Of a stretch of DNA of 64,000 nt, positions 39,070-53,172 are shown piece after piece. Where the stretch lies: positions 21,886,001 to 21,950,000 of the forward strand of contig NC_043010.1 of the NCBI RefSeq assembly GCF_006345805.1, read 5' to 3'. A model generated the notes under the pieces. It was not told the origin of the DNA. It saw only the letters and a program-made list of their open reading frames with translations, and made no database searches. The first letter of the stretch is position 1. The number at the start of each line of letters is the position of its first letter. The translations under genes and the position numbers were made by a program. Source of the stretch: Octopus sinensis. Taxonomy: Eukaryota.

Positions 39070-40075
39070 TTGAGATAGTGGAGGTGGTGGTGGTGGTGGT
39101 GGTGGTGATGATGGTTGTGGTGGTGTTGGAGACGAAGTTGCTGATGGTAATGGTGATGAGGAAGGAGGTAAGTGTTGTGCTGGAGTTGAAGACTGCGGTG
39201 ATGTTGCTGCTGGTGGTGGTCAGGGTAGCGGCGGTGGTGGTGCAGATGGTTATATGGAGGTGTTAGAAATGAAAGTGGCGGTGATGATGTTGGAGATGGT
39301 GTTGAAGATGTGACAGTGGCGTTGGAGACGATATCGGTGCGATGAAAAAAAAAACAATGTTAAGATGCATTCCGGCCTTGAAAGTCTGCTCATTATATAA
39401 TGACTGTCTACGTCCATATTGTTTATGATGTTCCTTTTAACAAAATCGCAATATGTGGTCCGAGACTGATTTGACTGACATTTCTAGCAAGTGGATCAAT
39501 CGTGTAGAGGGCGCTGTCGTCTGCTCATTATTGATGGATAGTGTTGATGTTGCGTTAATGATGCAGAGTTGTTGCTGTTGTAGCCTCCATATTTGCTGTT
39601 TCTGCTATTGTTCTTCGATTTAATGTCGCTGTTGTTGTTGTTGCTGCTGTTGTTGTTTCTGCTGATGCTGTTTAATGTGCTCGCATTTTTGTCACTCGAC
39701 TGCTCGGTCGTAATTTGGGAAACATCGTAATTGCTGTTGTTGTTGTTGTTGTTGTTAATAGTAAAGATTAGGAGCCTGAAGATGATGATGATGGTGGTGG
39801 TAGTGGTGGTGGTGGTGATGAAGATGAAATTAATGACAACATCAGTGATGTAGAAGATAATGATGGCATTGATGTTGTTGGTGATGAGGATAATGATACC
39901 GATGTTATTGATGACGATGATGATGATGGCGTTAATATTCTAGGTGATGACCATGATGATAGTGATGATGATGATGATGATGACGACGATGTCGGCGATG
40001 ATGATGATACTGACGATGATGACGATGTTCATGATGATGATGATGACAAGGACGAGGACATTGATGATGATGATT

Positions 40076-40106
<31 letters not shown>

Positions 40107-40281
40107 CGGTGATGACAGTGATATTAATGACGATGATGACGACGACGACGAGGACAACGACGACGATTATGATGATGACACGATTTTAATGATGCTGGAT
40201 TAATGTCGGTAGAGTCAACGACGATGATGTAATTATGATGTTGATTAAGATGATTATAAAGATGACGGCGACGATTATAAT

Positions 40282-40377
<96 letters not shown>

Positions 40378-40457
40378 TGCTACTACTACTACTACTATTA
40401 TCATTACTACTGCTATTATTAGTAGTATTACTGTTATTATTATTATTATTATTATTG

Positions 40458-40504
<47 letters not shown>

Positions 40505-40590
40505 GTTATTATTATTATTATTGTTATTATGGCGGTGTTGGTGGTGGTGGTATTGACAGTTGCGGTGGAGTTTAACGGTGATAATGGTTG
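39070..40590. repeat. Mosaic of degenerate trinucleotide repeats (GGT, GTT, GAT/GAC, TAC, TGC, TAT)
   Basis: Successive triplet motifs read directly from the sequence. Confidence 0.9.
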
Positions 40591-40824
40591 TGAGTGTTAG
40601 CTTCGACCACACACTATCGTCTTGAACTCATCATCACCAGCATCATGATAATCGGGTTCGTGCCCCCTACTCTTCTTTCTCCTCTTCTTCATCACTATCA
40701 TCTTGTCATTGATGCTGGTGATGGGGAGTGGCGCATTATTAGGAATTTTATTCCTCCATTTTAGTTCTGTAATTTCTGTATGATTAAGTCTGTCCAATTA
40801 TATTCATATGCTTGAAGAATTTTA

Positions 40825-41370
<546 letters not shown>

Positions 41371-42086
41371 AAATAGATGGAGAGATAAGTGTATTGAACG
41401 ACAGATAGACATAGAGATATACGTAAAAGCAGACAGACAATTGTATGTTTGCGAAAGTGAGAGAAGGAGAGTAAATGAAGAGTTGTTGTAAGACGGCCGA
41501 GTGAGAAAGAGATTAGAAAGTAAAGAGTGTTGGGCGGAGGAGGGAGTGTGACAGGGACACGAAGAAGCAAAGAGGTGAGAGCAAGGAAAAGCGCCTCGAG
41601 CAAATGACTGGATGCTTCAATAGCAACCAGCATTATCATCATCATCATCATCATCATCGTCGTCGTCCTCATCATCACCGGTTTATGGTTAACACCATTA
41701 CCGATACAACCGTCACCATTACTTAGCACAACTACTATCGCCAGCACTGCCACCACCACCACCACCACAACCATTACCATCACCAACAACAACTACAACG
41801 ACAACACAACAACTACAACGACAACACAACAACTGCACCAGCACCACAACCACTACCGCCACAACCACAGAGCCATAGTTGCCGTCATCACTGTGACAAT
41901 ATATCGATGTTATTTGACATTATTATATTCATCCAACCTGCAGCTAATGTCACCATTATCACAATCATCTGCAGCACAAAAATCGTCATGATCATCGTCG
42001 TCGCCGTCGTTGTCGTCGTCATCATCATTTCTAATGTAGTATCGAATTTGTTTTTAAAAGCATTCATAATAATAATAATAATAATA

Positions 42087-42128
<42 letters not shown>

Positions 42129-42866
42129 GTCGTGTAAGTCAGCAACAAAATGAAACCATTGATCATGTCTCCAAATGCAGTCTTCTAGCGCATTCAGAGT
42201 ATCTCAACAGGCATGATAGAGCTGTACAATATATTCACTGGGTAATCTGCAAAAACCTGGATTTGCCCCATGAAAAAATCTGGTGGGAACACAAACCACC
42301 TCCAGTGCTTGAAAATGACCACTTCTCACTCCTCTGGAACTTCACCATTCAAACTGACAGAAAGATAGATGCAAATAGGCTAGACATCATATTGAAAGAC
42401 TTCAAACAAAGAACATGCCTCCTCATTGATATAACTGTCCCAATCGATATAAACGTATCTGTCAAGACCTACCAAAAACTGAGCAAATATAAAGATCTTG
42501 AAATAGAAATCAGCAAAATGTGGAACCTGAAGACTAAAACAATACCTGTTGTCATAGGGGTCCTGGGAATGATTGCAAAAGGGGATGATTGCTACCTAAC
42601 TCAGATACCAGGAATCCCCAAAACGGCAGAAATTCAAAAGATAGTGCTCATGGGAACTGCTCATATCCTACGCAAAATACTTTCTATGTAATCTCAAGGT
42701 TTAAAACAAACATTTTTTTTAGACATCCACTTGTACAACACAAAAGACAAACAATTATATGGCACACTAGGCATAACAACAACGTGAACTTCCAACCTGT
42801 TGTCTCTTGGGGTCTCCGGGTGAGACTTGGAGCCAACTTGTACAAATATAAAGCAAAAGTCAAACA
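42129..42866 (+). mobile_element. R4/Dong 3' fragment, same subfamily as 24518-26064
   Basis: ORF 42263-42691 and the 3' UTR are near-identical to the reverse complement of 24518-25300; (TAA)n on both sides. Confidence 0.95.
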
Positions 42867-42880
42867 TAATAATAATAATC

Positions 42881-42942
<62 letters not shown>

Positions 42943-43742
42943 TGTGGAATAGAGCCTCGCAGAAGAACTTGGCAATGGCTGCAGAAGGGGGACTTAAAAG
43001 GTCTCACTAAGGCATTAGTTTGCAGCGCTCAAGAACAATCTCGCGGAACAAACTATTCCAAATATCACGTTGATAAAAGCACTGACTCACCAAAGCGTAG
43101 GATGTGCTCTGAGAAGGGAGAAAGTATAAGCTATGTTGTTAGTGAGTGCCGTAAGCTCGCACAACGCGAATACAAAAGGAGACACGACAATGTGGCCAGA
43201 TATGTCCACTGGCTTTTGTGCCTAAAGCAAACCTCGAGTGAGCTGAACAATGGTATGAAGGAGTAACGGAAAACGAACATTACATGAGATTTCAACATGT
43301 AGTGTGATCAAGTCATAGAGGCTAGACGACCAAATATCGAGTTCGTTCATGAAGCTGGAAAAGAAGTAAAGATAAAAGATGTTGCAATACCAGGGGATTC
43401 CAGGGTGGAATGTAAAGAAATAGAAAAGAATGAGGGACACCAGCCACTGCGGGACGAGGTAGGAAAGTTATGGGTCATGAGGAAAATAATGGTGATACCG
43501 GTGGTGATTGGAGCACTAGGAGCAGTTTCAAAGGGCTTTGAAAAACATATTAAGAATATTGGATCTGCTGTCAGGCTCGAGGTGATCCAGAAGACAGTAT
43601 CGTTGGGTACAGTTCGCATTCTAAGGAGAGTATTGTTCCTTTGAGTCACAGGAGAAGGTACTACTTGAAACCTTTGAGATTTTGTTGCTTGGTTTCAAGT
43701 AAAGAATAACTGATAATTAAGAACTCTCCGAGAGTGTTTCAT
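42943..43742 (+). mobile_element. R4/Dong 3' fragment, same subfamily as 61928-63921
   Basis: WQWLQKGDLK...AQEQ, RRMCSEKGESISYVVSEC, RRHDNVARYVHW, VVIGALGAVSK...QKTVSLGTVRILRRVL; (TAA)n on both sides. Confidence 0.9.
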
Positions 43743-43743
43743 A

Positions 43744-43775
<32 letters not shown>

Positions 43776-44571
43776 TAATAATAATAATAATAATAATAAT
43801 GTTTACTTGTTTACTCCATTTACATGTTGTAGCATGTTCGCAGTTGCTGGATTACGACCCTGCTGCACAGTGGCGCACCTGCCGGGTACGACACCTACAC
43901 CATTGTTTCCAGTCCCGTCCACACTGTCATCGTCATCTACTTTGCTTGGCATTTTCATTCACAAATGAGGTGTAACGATGTGTATGGCACATCTTTAGAG
44001 ACTGCCCTAAATTGGCGATGGCGATGGCGAAGACGATAATGATGTTGGTAATGATGATTTGCTGCTGATATGATGGTGATGATGATGATGATATCGTTAA
44101 ATCGTTAACGTCTTAAAGTGCTTCTTAAACGCTCTTCATAGCAACAAATGGATTTAGCACCGCCGAAACATTCCTAGACACTTTTAAATTTTGCATAATC
44201 TCTTACGAAATACAAGAGAAAATGATAATTAAGAAATACAGAAATTTTCCTATGTAGGGTCCCTTGAAAGAGGAAATGAATTTCAAGGTTTCCCCAAGAG
44301 AAATATGATTAGGTTATACGCTGAAATACCCAATCAATATCCATTCAAATAATAGAACATATACTCTTTGCTGATCGATATTCAACATTATATAAACATC
44401 TAACAATCAATCTAGCTGCTGCTGATGAGAAACAAAAAATAATCCCCATAACACATGTTCTTCGCAAGAACCGGCCGCCATCATTTACACATAATAACTA
44501 ATCACAGAACACATACGAAATGGAATCGCTACAGTGTAAAGTAAGAATTCATACTGTATAACATGACACTG

Positions 44572-45335
44572 ATGGTGGTGGTGGTGTAGAGGTTTACGAC
44601 GATACTACTATTGAGGATATTGATAATGATGGTGATGATGATAATGATGATGATAATGATGATGATGATGATGATGATGATGATGTTGATGATGATGTTG
44701 ATGATGATGATGATGATAATGATGATGATGGTGGTGGTGGTGGTGGTGGTGGTGATGATGATGATCATGAAGAGGAGGAGGAGGAGGAGGAGGAAGGGGA
44801 GGAAGAGGAGAATGCTGAAGATGGCAACAACTATTATGGTGATGTTGGCGATGTAGTTAGGACTAAACTCTAAAATAGCTGTTGAAACGCTGAAAAAAAT
44901 CTCATAATATTTTGAGGCTAGGTGAGGCGATGGTTAGAGGCGATAGTTGAGAATGCTCTAAATTGGCAGAACGCGAATACAAAAGATGGTATGACAATGT
45001 GGCAAGAATGATCCATCGGGAGTTTTGTGGAAATCACAGCCTACAAAGTGCAAAGACTTGGTCTGAGTAAACTCCAAAAGCAGTCACCGAAAATAAGAAT
45101 TGCAAACATATTCACCGATACAACCCTTACCGTTACTTAGCACTTGCCATCATCACCATCATCATCAGCAAAATCCGAATGACATTCACCCTATCCTAAC
45201 TACATCATCAACATTATCATAATAGTTGTTGGCGTTTTCAGCATCATCCTCTTCATTATCATCATCATCTCATCAATATCCTCATTAGTAGCATCGTTGT
45301 AAACCTCTACACTAACACAACCACGCCACCACCAC
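44572..45335. repeat. Inverted duplication of a low-complexity unit (arms 44572-44862 and 45194-45335)
   Basis: GTGTAGAGGTTTAC.ACGAT.CTACTA.TGAGGATATTGAT and CAACAACTATTATG...GATGTAGTTAGGA recur in reverse complement. Confidence 0.8.
44955..45110 (+). mobile_element. R4/Dong short internal fragment
   Basis: KLAEREYKRWYDNVARMIHREFC...TPKAVTENK matches the HD(R/N)V region. Confidence 0.7.
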
Positions 45336-45735
45336 TGCCTTCGCCGCCGCCGACGACGTCGACGCCGTCGTCGTCGTCGGCATCATCATCACCGTCATCA
45401 TCTTCGCCATCATCATCCTTCATGTGCTCAATAGTTTCACCGCTATTATCGTTATATTTGTGATCGTTATCTCGCATGTAACATCGTCTTCACCGATGTT
45501 ATCTCCACTATCACGATACACTTCCTGATAATAATGACGTTCATCATCATCATCATCAGCATCACCATCGTCATCATTAACATCATTATCAATATTGTCA
45601 TTGCTTTCCTGTGCTATAATATAACCACATAACTACCACCTTTCTCCCTCCCAAACCTATTCTCTCATACATACATAAATACACACACATACATATATAT
45701 ATATATTATATGTATGTATATATATATATATATAT

Positions 45736-45820
<85 letters not shown>

Positions 45821-46262
45821 TATACATATATATATATATCATATACATATGTGTGTATGGGTGTATATGTGTATACGTTCGTTACAACTCGCATTTTACT
45901 CTGTCTACTTTCACTACCTGTCGCTATTTAAAAGTAAAACATTTCTTGTCTTGCCATCTGCATCATCATCTTCAGTATCACCAGCAGCATCGCCGTCATC
46001 ATCATCATCATCATCATCATTGTCACCATCGTCTGACAAGCTGTCAGTCTGCGACTACAATCACATTTTATTCTATGCAAATCATCATCTCCTTAGTTAC
46101 AAGTAATGGAGCGAACAAGGCACAACAGTCTCTTCAGCGACGCCATTAAGATGAGGCTGATACAGCAGAATAGCTTAGACGTACACACACCTGCACACAT
46201 ATCCATACACAATACGCACGCATACACACATGTATATATTGGTTACTATATATATATAGTCA

Positions 46263-46306
<44 letters not shown>

Positions 46307-46562
46307 ATGATATGTTATACATACGTATATCTATATTTATTTATATATATATGTGTGTCTCTGTGTGTGTCAGTGGTGTGTTTGTGTGTGTATGTGTGTT
46401 ATTGACCTCTGTGTTATGGTATGCTTTTTAATTTACCTGAATGTTGTAATAGACCATTAAATTCCAAATCAATAGAACAAATTACCCTAACCCTACGCAT
46501 AGAACCTATTATGAGGCCAATAATAGTAAGAAGTTTCAATCAGATATGAGATTTGATAGAAT

Positions 46563-46600
<38 letters not shown>

Positions 46601-48461
46601 CACATACATATATATATATCTGTGTGTGTGTGCGCTTGTGAACATGCATGTATATATATTTCTATGTACGTAAAATGTATCTGTGTAAATATAAGGAACG
46701 CAACTTTCTCAGAGTAATCACAGATATACGTTGCCATACGATGTGGGCTGCGTAGCTCGCATCAACTTCCGTTTGTCCGAACAAGTTTGGATAATATTCT
46801 AGCAGTGAAGAAGAGCGACAATAATTAATTTAATGTTAAGGTTAGTAACCTAATTTCTGCCGACATTTGTGAGCTTCTCAGCCTTTATATTTTATACTTC
46901 TTACATAAGTTCAATAATTCATCGTGGGGTTTAGTTCGAGATGATGGGTTCATTCTGACATGGAATATAAAGTTCACTCGCTACATAGCCAATAAAAAAT
47001 TTTTCTTTAAGTTATTTAAAGATTATATCCTAAAGACTTCTCTTAGAGCGAATTTATAATCTTTTAATTTCTGATAAATAGTCTTGGGTTTCTAAACCAA
47101 TAACTAATATTCAAACGTTATTTCGATAATGGTGAGGGCTTCCAAATTACTAAGACTGAGTTTTGCCAAAATCTGATCTAGCTACCATCGCATATGTATC
47201 TTCAGATATATATTCAAGCCTGCAGGCAAGTTTGTACGAACTTTTGAAAATAATAGTAAATTTCCTTCGTATTATGCTTATATGTGTTATATATAAGAAC
47301 AAGGCACAAAAAGATAATGTCATCCTACATTATTGTAAGTAGTACGACATGGCTGTAATGTGTTTAATCAGAGTTTGTTCCATCAAAGCTGAGTTGCAGT
47401 TAAACAATGAAACAAAGCAACAAACATATAATAAAATTCAACAGAAGAGAGAATGCGATACATCCATACTGATAAGCAATACCACCAACCTTACAAGCGT
47501 CAGAATGTTAAACATGATCATCAAATAGAAGAACTTAGGACACCCCGATGCTCTGGAGTCAGCTACTAACTTCTGATCTTTTTATGCGCCCTTAAAGGAG
47601 GATTTGGTCTATTTGGTCTACGCACACAGAGTCCGTCAAAGATTAAAAAAAACAATTTAGATGAGAACCACAGTAATTCGACTTTTCTTGACCTAAAAGT
47701 TACGTGCAATAATTTATGTCTATCAAGATTAAGAATAGATTTCACTTATTACAATGAAAACAAGAAAAATAACCTTTCTATTTTAGCTGCAATAAATGCA
47801 TTCATAACAAAAAATTGTTCTCCTGCCTGCATATGGACACAATCTCGTTCTCGATAACATATGTCTCAATTTGTTGTATAATTATAATTATTTCTTATTA
47901 TCCATTGTGATTGCAAAAAACAACACGTGTACCTTAAATGGACACCTGTCATTTTGATACTGTTGTAGCTGTTTTGCTATTTTGTTCGAGTTACCCGTAA
48001 TTAAGTAAAGCTATGCCCACAGTCATTTCAGCTGGGCTATCCTATCTTTTTTAATGGGAGGGGTATGTGACTCAGTATCACAATCACATTATTAAATGTG
48101 ACACTCTATTTTGACGGTAGTCTATGATTGGTCGTGGAATGTTTTAGAGCTGGGGTTTGGTATAGTTCATAGTAGATTGATATACAAGTGACACATCATT
48201 ATTTTTGCTTCATCCTCTTGTACTTCTCAGTTGTTTTGCCCACTTCGTTGTGTCTAAAGAGTTATGAATGTCAGAGAAGGTATATAACCTGAAATTGTTC
48301 GTAGTTTTGTCTTTTGTGTATACGGTACGTGTAAGATTTTGAAAGAGATGGTTGAGGACATTTGATGGTCTAAGAAGTAGATAACAATTATGACGTTCGT
48401 TCTGGTAGGTGATAATTTAAATCTGTCGTGGAAACAGATACCAGTGTGATTATAAGTAATA

Positions 48462-48523
<62 letters not shown>

Positions 48524-49564
48524 TGTGTGTGTACATAACTTATCAAACCTCTAGTAATTCAACTAGTTGTAGGTAAATGCAATGATTCCATCAAGATTTA
48601 CGTATTTTTCGTGGCACTAAATCTTCTCTCTAAGTCTGAGATTATGTGTGTTTATAATCTCCTTTTTGTGTTTGGATATGACGAAGGAATGAGGCCAATA
48701 TCATGGTGCGTATTTCTTATTATGTTTCCGGTGTGTTTTTTCTTTTTTTCGCATGTGTGGTAATTGGCGGCTGATTTTTGAGAAGTGCGTGTTGAACGTG
48801 CTTGCTTCATGTTGCAGTGTGGCTATATAACTTATGCTTGTAATCATTACATAGGCTGTGACAGCACTAGTTTTCTTCCCGTACAGAATCCTAATTACTC
48901 TGTATATTGTATTTTTACTCTGGTATTTTTGTTTCATTCAATAATTGCCAGGTTTCTGTTCTTTTGACGATGATTTAGAGTTACATTATCTTCAAAGTTC
49001 CTTCCCTCCTTCCTTCCTTCCTTTCTTTTTTCCCTTCCTTCCTTCTTCCCTTGGTACTGAGTAGTATTTCGATACTTGTGATTGTCTCTGAGTGTTCTTT
49101 TTTTTATGAGCTTGGGTATTTCTGGTGTATAATTTCATTGTTTGCCTTTCTATGTTGCCTTATGGAGGATATATTTTGTTGGTCCGTCTCTAATTATTTG
49201 GCTGATTGCTGTGTTTATGTCGATCATTTCGTTGTTGTTGACTTCTGAAAGCGGTTATTCTCTTTCTTTGGAGAACTCATTTCTTTGTGCTTTTCTGAAG
49301 AGTGTAACAGTGTTTCTACATTCTTCATTGTTCAATTAGTGCGCTGGGATAATAATTGGTACCAAGAAAGTTGTGGAATTGTTTGCCAACTGATAGTGGT
49401 AGCTGGGTGTTAACAGACGATCATATCGAGGGAAGTGTTGCTATAGTTGGTTTGGTGACGTATTTCTGTGTTGGCGTCAGTTATAATGAAACGGGTGGCT
49501 ATGGAATGTGATAATTTATCGTTAATGAAACGGGTAGTTTTGAAGTGTAATAATTAATACTTCC

Positions 49565-49760
49565 TTTAAATTTTTTACACTGTTTCAGCCATTGAACCAC
49601 GCTCATGCTGGAGCATCACTTTGAAGGGTTTACTCGAAAAATTCCACCCCAGTACTTCCTTTTTAGTTTGATACTTATTCTATCGGATCGTTTTGCCGAA
49701 CCGCTAGGTTACGGAGACAAAATCTGTTGACAAGCGGTTGTAGGTGACAAACACAAACAA
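49565..49760 (-). mobile_element. SINE family A, 3' half
   Basis: TGTTTCAGCCATT...CATGCTGGAGCA...TTCTATCGG...CCGAACCGCTAGGTTACGG as at 19180-19350; continues into a (CA)/(TA) tract. Confidence 0.75.
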
Positions 49761-49999
49761 AAGCACATACAAGTAAACACACACGCGCACACATACATAC
49801 ACAGACAAACACATATACACATATATATATACATATATATATATACATACTTGTATATACATATATATACACATATACATAAATATATTACAGATAAATT
49901 CCTCTATTTACATAATATCGAGGTCATTCTATTTTCTTACCATTCTATCAATATATTTATATATATACAAATATATGAATATTCATATATATATACATA

Positions 50000-50068
<69 letters not shown>

Positions 50069-50111
50069 TTACATATGGATATAGTCGTGTGCATATTTGA
50101 ATTCTAAAGGC

Positions 50112-50182
50112 TTCCTACTGATGGAAACTAGCCTCAGTAAATATTTATTTACTGGAATTAGTTAGAAACCATGGTCTAGGAA
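50112..50182 (+). ncRNA. Type I hammerhead variant candidate (CUGAUGGA...AGAAA core, GUC site)
   Basis: UUCCUA-CUGAUGGA-AACUAG...CAGUAAAUA/UAUUUACUG...UUAGUU-A-GAA-ACCAUGGU-C-UAGGAA: 6-bp stem I and an 8-nt perfect palindrome as stem III. Confidence 0.7.
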
Positions 50183-51249
50183 CTAAATAAGATGGTAAAC
50201 GTTTTTAATTTTCAGTCCTTTCGAGAATTTATCCCTAATCAGTGGTTTGAGTTTTCTACTGCTCTTTCTAGCACAAGGCTTTCCTATTTGGAAACCTCTT
50301 GATATGTTTTAATGTACACGATATATATATATATAATATATATATATATATATGTACACACACATGTGTGTGTGTGAACAATCTAATCTGGAACACATGA
50401 ACATGATTTTCAGTAACAGGGCAACCAAGGAATTTCTAGATGACCTTCTCTGCTTGAGACTGGAAAAGAGGCAGTTACTCGAGAAGAGAAACCTTGTCCG
50501 AGCAATGGAAACATTGAACACTGAGCGCCGAGGAAAGCAGACGAGGCTCAATTTCTTCCTTTTAACGAGGCGACGAATGAATGTCTTACTACTGAAAGAA
50601 AAGAGCAACGCTCATTTCGACAGATTTCTTCATGAATTCCATCTACAGATGGTTCTCTCGTAACTTCTGTGATTGTAGCAGAAAGCAGTTGCTCAATGAA
50701 TCACAACTGGGATCAAGTCTGACACCACGTGATTGCAAACCATATTTCGTATTCATACACTTATGTCTGCGACTGTGAATTGGATTGGATTGGACAGCAC
50801 TCATTTCTAATGTATTTATTAAGATTCAATGAATTGCTTTCCGCCTTCTTTGAGTCTGCTTTCAGACTGCTTTCAGTCTAATTTCAATCTACTTTCGGTC
50901 TGCTTTCAGAGATGATTGAATGTGTTTCGGAGAATAAAACAAATATTGTGACTGTCAGAATTTTTCTAAGAATTTTACTATGTAAACGAAACAAAATGTC
51001 TACAGCAATAGATATAAATCCGATTTCGAAACTCTCTTCCAGGAAACTTACCAATAATGAAGTAATACTGATTAAATATACCGAGTTATATAACGTCGTT
51101 ACGAAAAAGGCACTCATGGGTATATTTTTATAGCGAAACAACACACATGCACAGACACAGTACATGCACACACAATCGAACATGTTTACATACATATATG
51201 TGTATGGGTGTGTTTATATATGTGTAAGTGTGCGTGTATTTAAATATAT

Positions 51250-51490
51250 TTATATATATATATATATTTCGTTTTTGGATTTGGTTTGCAGGATTCTTTA
51301 TGTGAGTTCGTGTGTTGAAGCATATTCTGTTGTGTCTGGGAAGAGTCATTCTCTTTTGGCGCCTTATAATTTAACACATCAACGGTAAAATTTCCACTTG
51401 TTTCTTTTAAATTTTCCTAAAATTCTCGTTGCGTCTTGCGACTTTTCAATAGTTTTACCTCTGTCCGTCACTCACACGGCGTTTCTTTTT
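51250..51490 (-). mobile_element. Probable PLE-end repeat with a hammerhead-like half motif
   Basis: UUGAAAA-GUC(GCAA)GAC-GCAAC on the minus strand at 51428-51449; family assignment is inferred. Confidence 0.3.
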
Positions 51491-52019
51491 GTTTGTTTGT
51501 GTGCATGTGTGTGTGGATCAGTGTGTGTGTGTGTGTGAGCCTATACATGCATGTATGTATGCATGTATGTATGTATGTATGTATGTATGTATGTATGTAT
51601 GTATGTATGTATGTATGTATGTATGCATGTATGTGTGTGTGTGTGTGTATATGTGTCTAGCTATGTGTGTATGTGTGTGTTTGTATATGTGTGTGTGTAC
51701 CTCTGTCTCCTTGTGTATGCGAGTCTTAGTGTGTGTGTGTGTGTGTGTGTGTTGCAACTATGTACCGTGTTTGTATGTATGGACGTGCATCTCCATATGT
51801 GTGGACGTGTGTCTCCATATGTGTCCTTGTGTGAAGTAAAGTGTATGTGTATATATGGTCATGTATTTCAGTCTTCATTTGCGTGTGTGTGGTTGTCTGT
51901 ACATATAACCTATATAACTATCCGTCTGTATGTTGATCTGTTTACTTTCATATCCCTATGCTTACATACATGTGAATATACATATATATATATTCATACA
52001 CCCACCCGCACATACTTAC

Positions 52020-52153
<134 letters not shown>

Positions 52154-52480
52154 CCCATACTCATACATACATCTATCTGCATAACATCCCACTAACTATT
52201 CTACTCTACATGTGTAAACGTGGGTTTGGGGGCATGATATCTACTATGTATATTTCCTATATAGTATAGGGGAAGTTTCCTTTATGAGGACGTACGCTTG
52301 TATTTGTCTAAGTGTTGAGTCCTTTGGGTGCTTGGATAAGATGCGGACATCACGTTGAGCCAGGTTACCTCCATGTCGGTCCTTTGCATGTTGGTAGAGT
52401 ATGGAGTATATATAAAAGAAAAGACAGATAATGGGCTATACATATCCATGGGCTTTACATATCCATTTATTTGTGCGTCG

Positions 52481-52603
52481 GAGACTTACAGCTGTTTCTG
52501 ATACACATTATAGGTGCGTTCATAATTCTGTTTCGTCTATCGTTCGTTTTAATCGAATGACAAAATCGAACGACCTTAACAAATACTATCATTTTCAGAG
52601 TCC
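52481..52603 (-). ncRNA. Type I hammerhead candidate with a long stem II insert (G8A core)
   Basis: GGACU-CUGAAAA-UGAUA[~83 nt]UAUCA-GAA-ACAGCUGU-A-AGUCU; 8-nt palindromic stem III, GUA site. Confidence 0.55.
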
Positions 52604-52885
52604 ACGCTGACTCTGAAAAAACAATACATGAATATTGTAAACACCTTATTTACGACCATTTTTGCATTTCTCAATGTGAAAGCATAACATATTCACCGGG
52701 AAAATTACCAATCAATTTACAAAGTCAAGTGGTGATGGACTTCAGCTTCACATTTTGCCTTAGGATTACCTGGAGTTCTATACCTATCTGAGAACATTTC
52801 GTTAGCCTGGTGTATTTGTATTGATAGAGAACTTAATAAGGATTTTGGCCAGATTAATAATCCCCCAGTAATCGCTCTTTATATA

Positions 52886-53172
52886 GTGGGAACTCACGAT
52901 CAAATGGTTAGAGTGTTGCACACGAGATCGTGGGTTCAGTTCCAACACCAGGGGTACGTTGCGTTCTTGAGTAAAGCACTTAATCTCACTTTGTTCTGCA
53001 ATCACTAGGACACATGACACGTGGTGTTGCACTTGTTCGGTCAACGGCGATTTGATGGAAAGCGATCTAATGCACGGCACGTACATTTGATCCACCAGAA
53101 ACAAGTCTTCTGTACAGGTCATTCAGGAGCAACTGACCATTCATGCATCGTCTTCGAGGGGAGAATCCATCC
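52886..53172 (+). mobile_element. tRNA-derived SINE with a (TACA)n tail
   Basis: ATGGTTAGAGTG...GGGTTCAGTTCC, GTTCTTGAGTAAAGCACTT, then (TACA)n from 53173. Confidence 0.65.

Noticed and set aside
39772-40203. 144-codon Asp-rich open frame resembling acidic biomineralisation proteins
   Set aside because: No start codon, signal peptide or convincing splice sites; single-base changes to GAT cannot create a stop, so an open frame is expected.
50309-50663. Overlapping ~100-aa ORFs on both strands
   Set aside because: They begin or end in microsatellite and show no recognisable motif or splice support; left uncalled.
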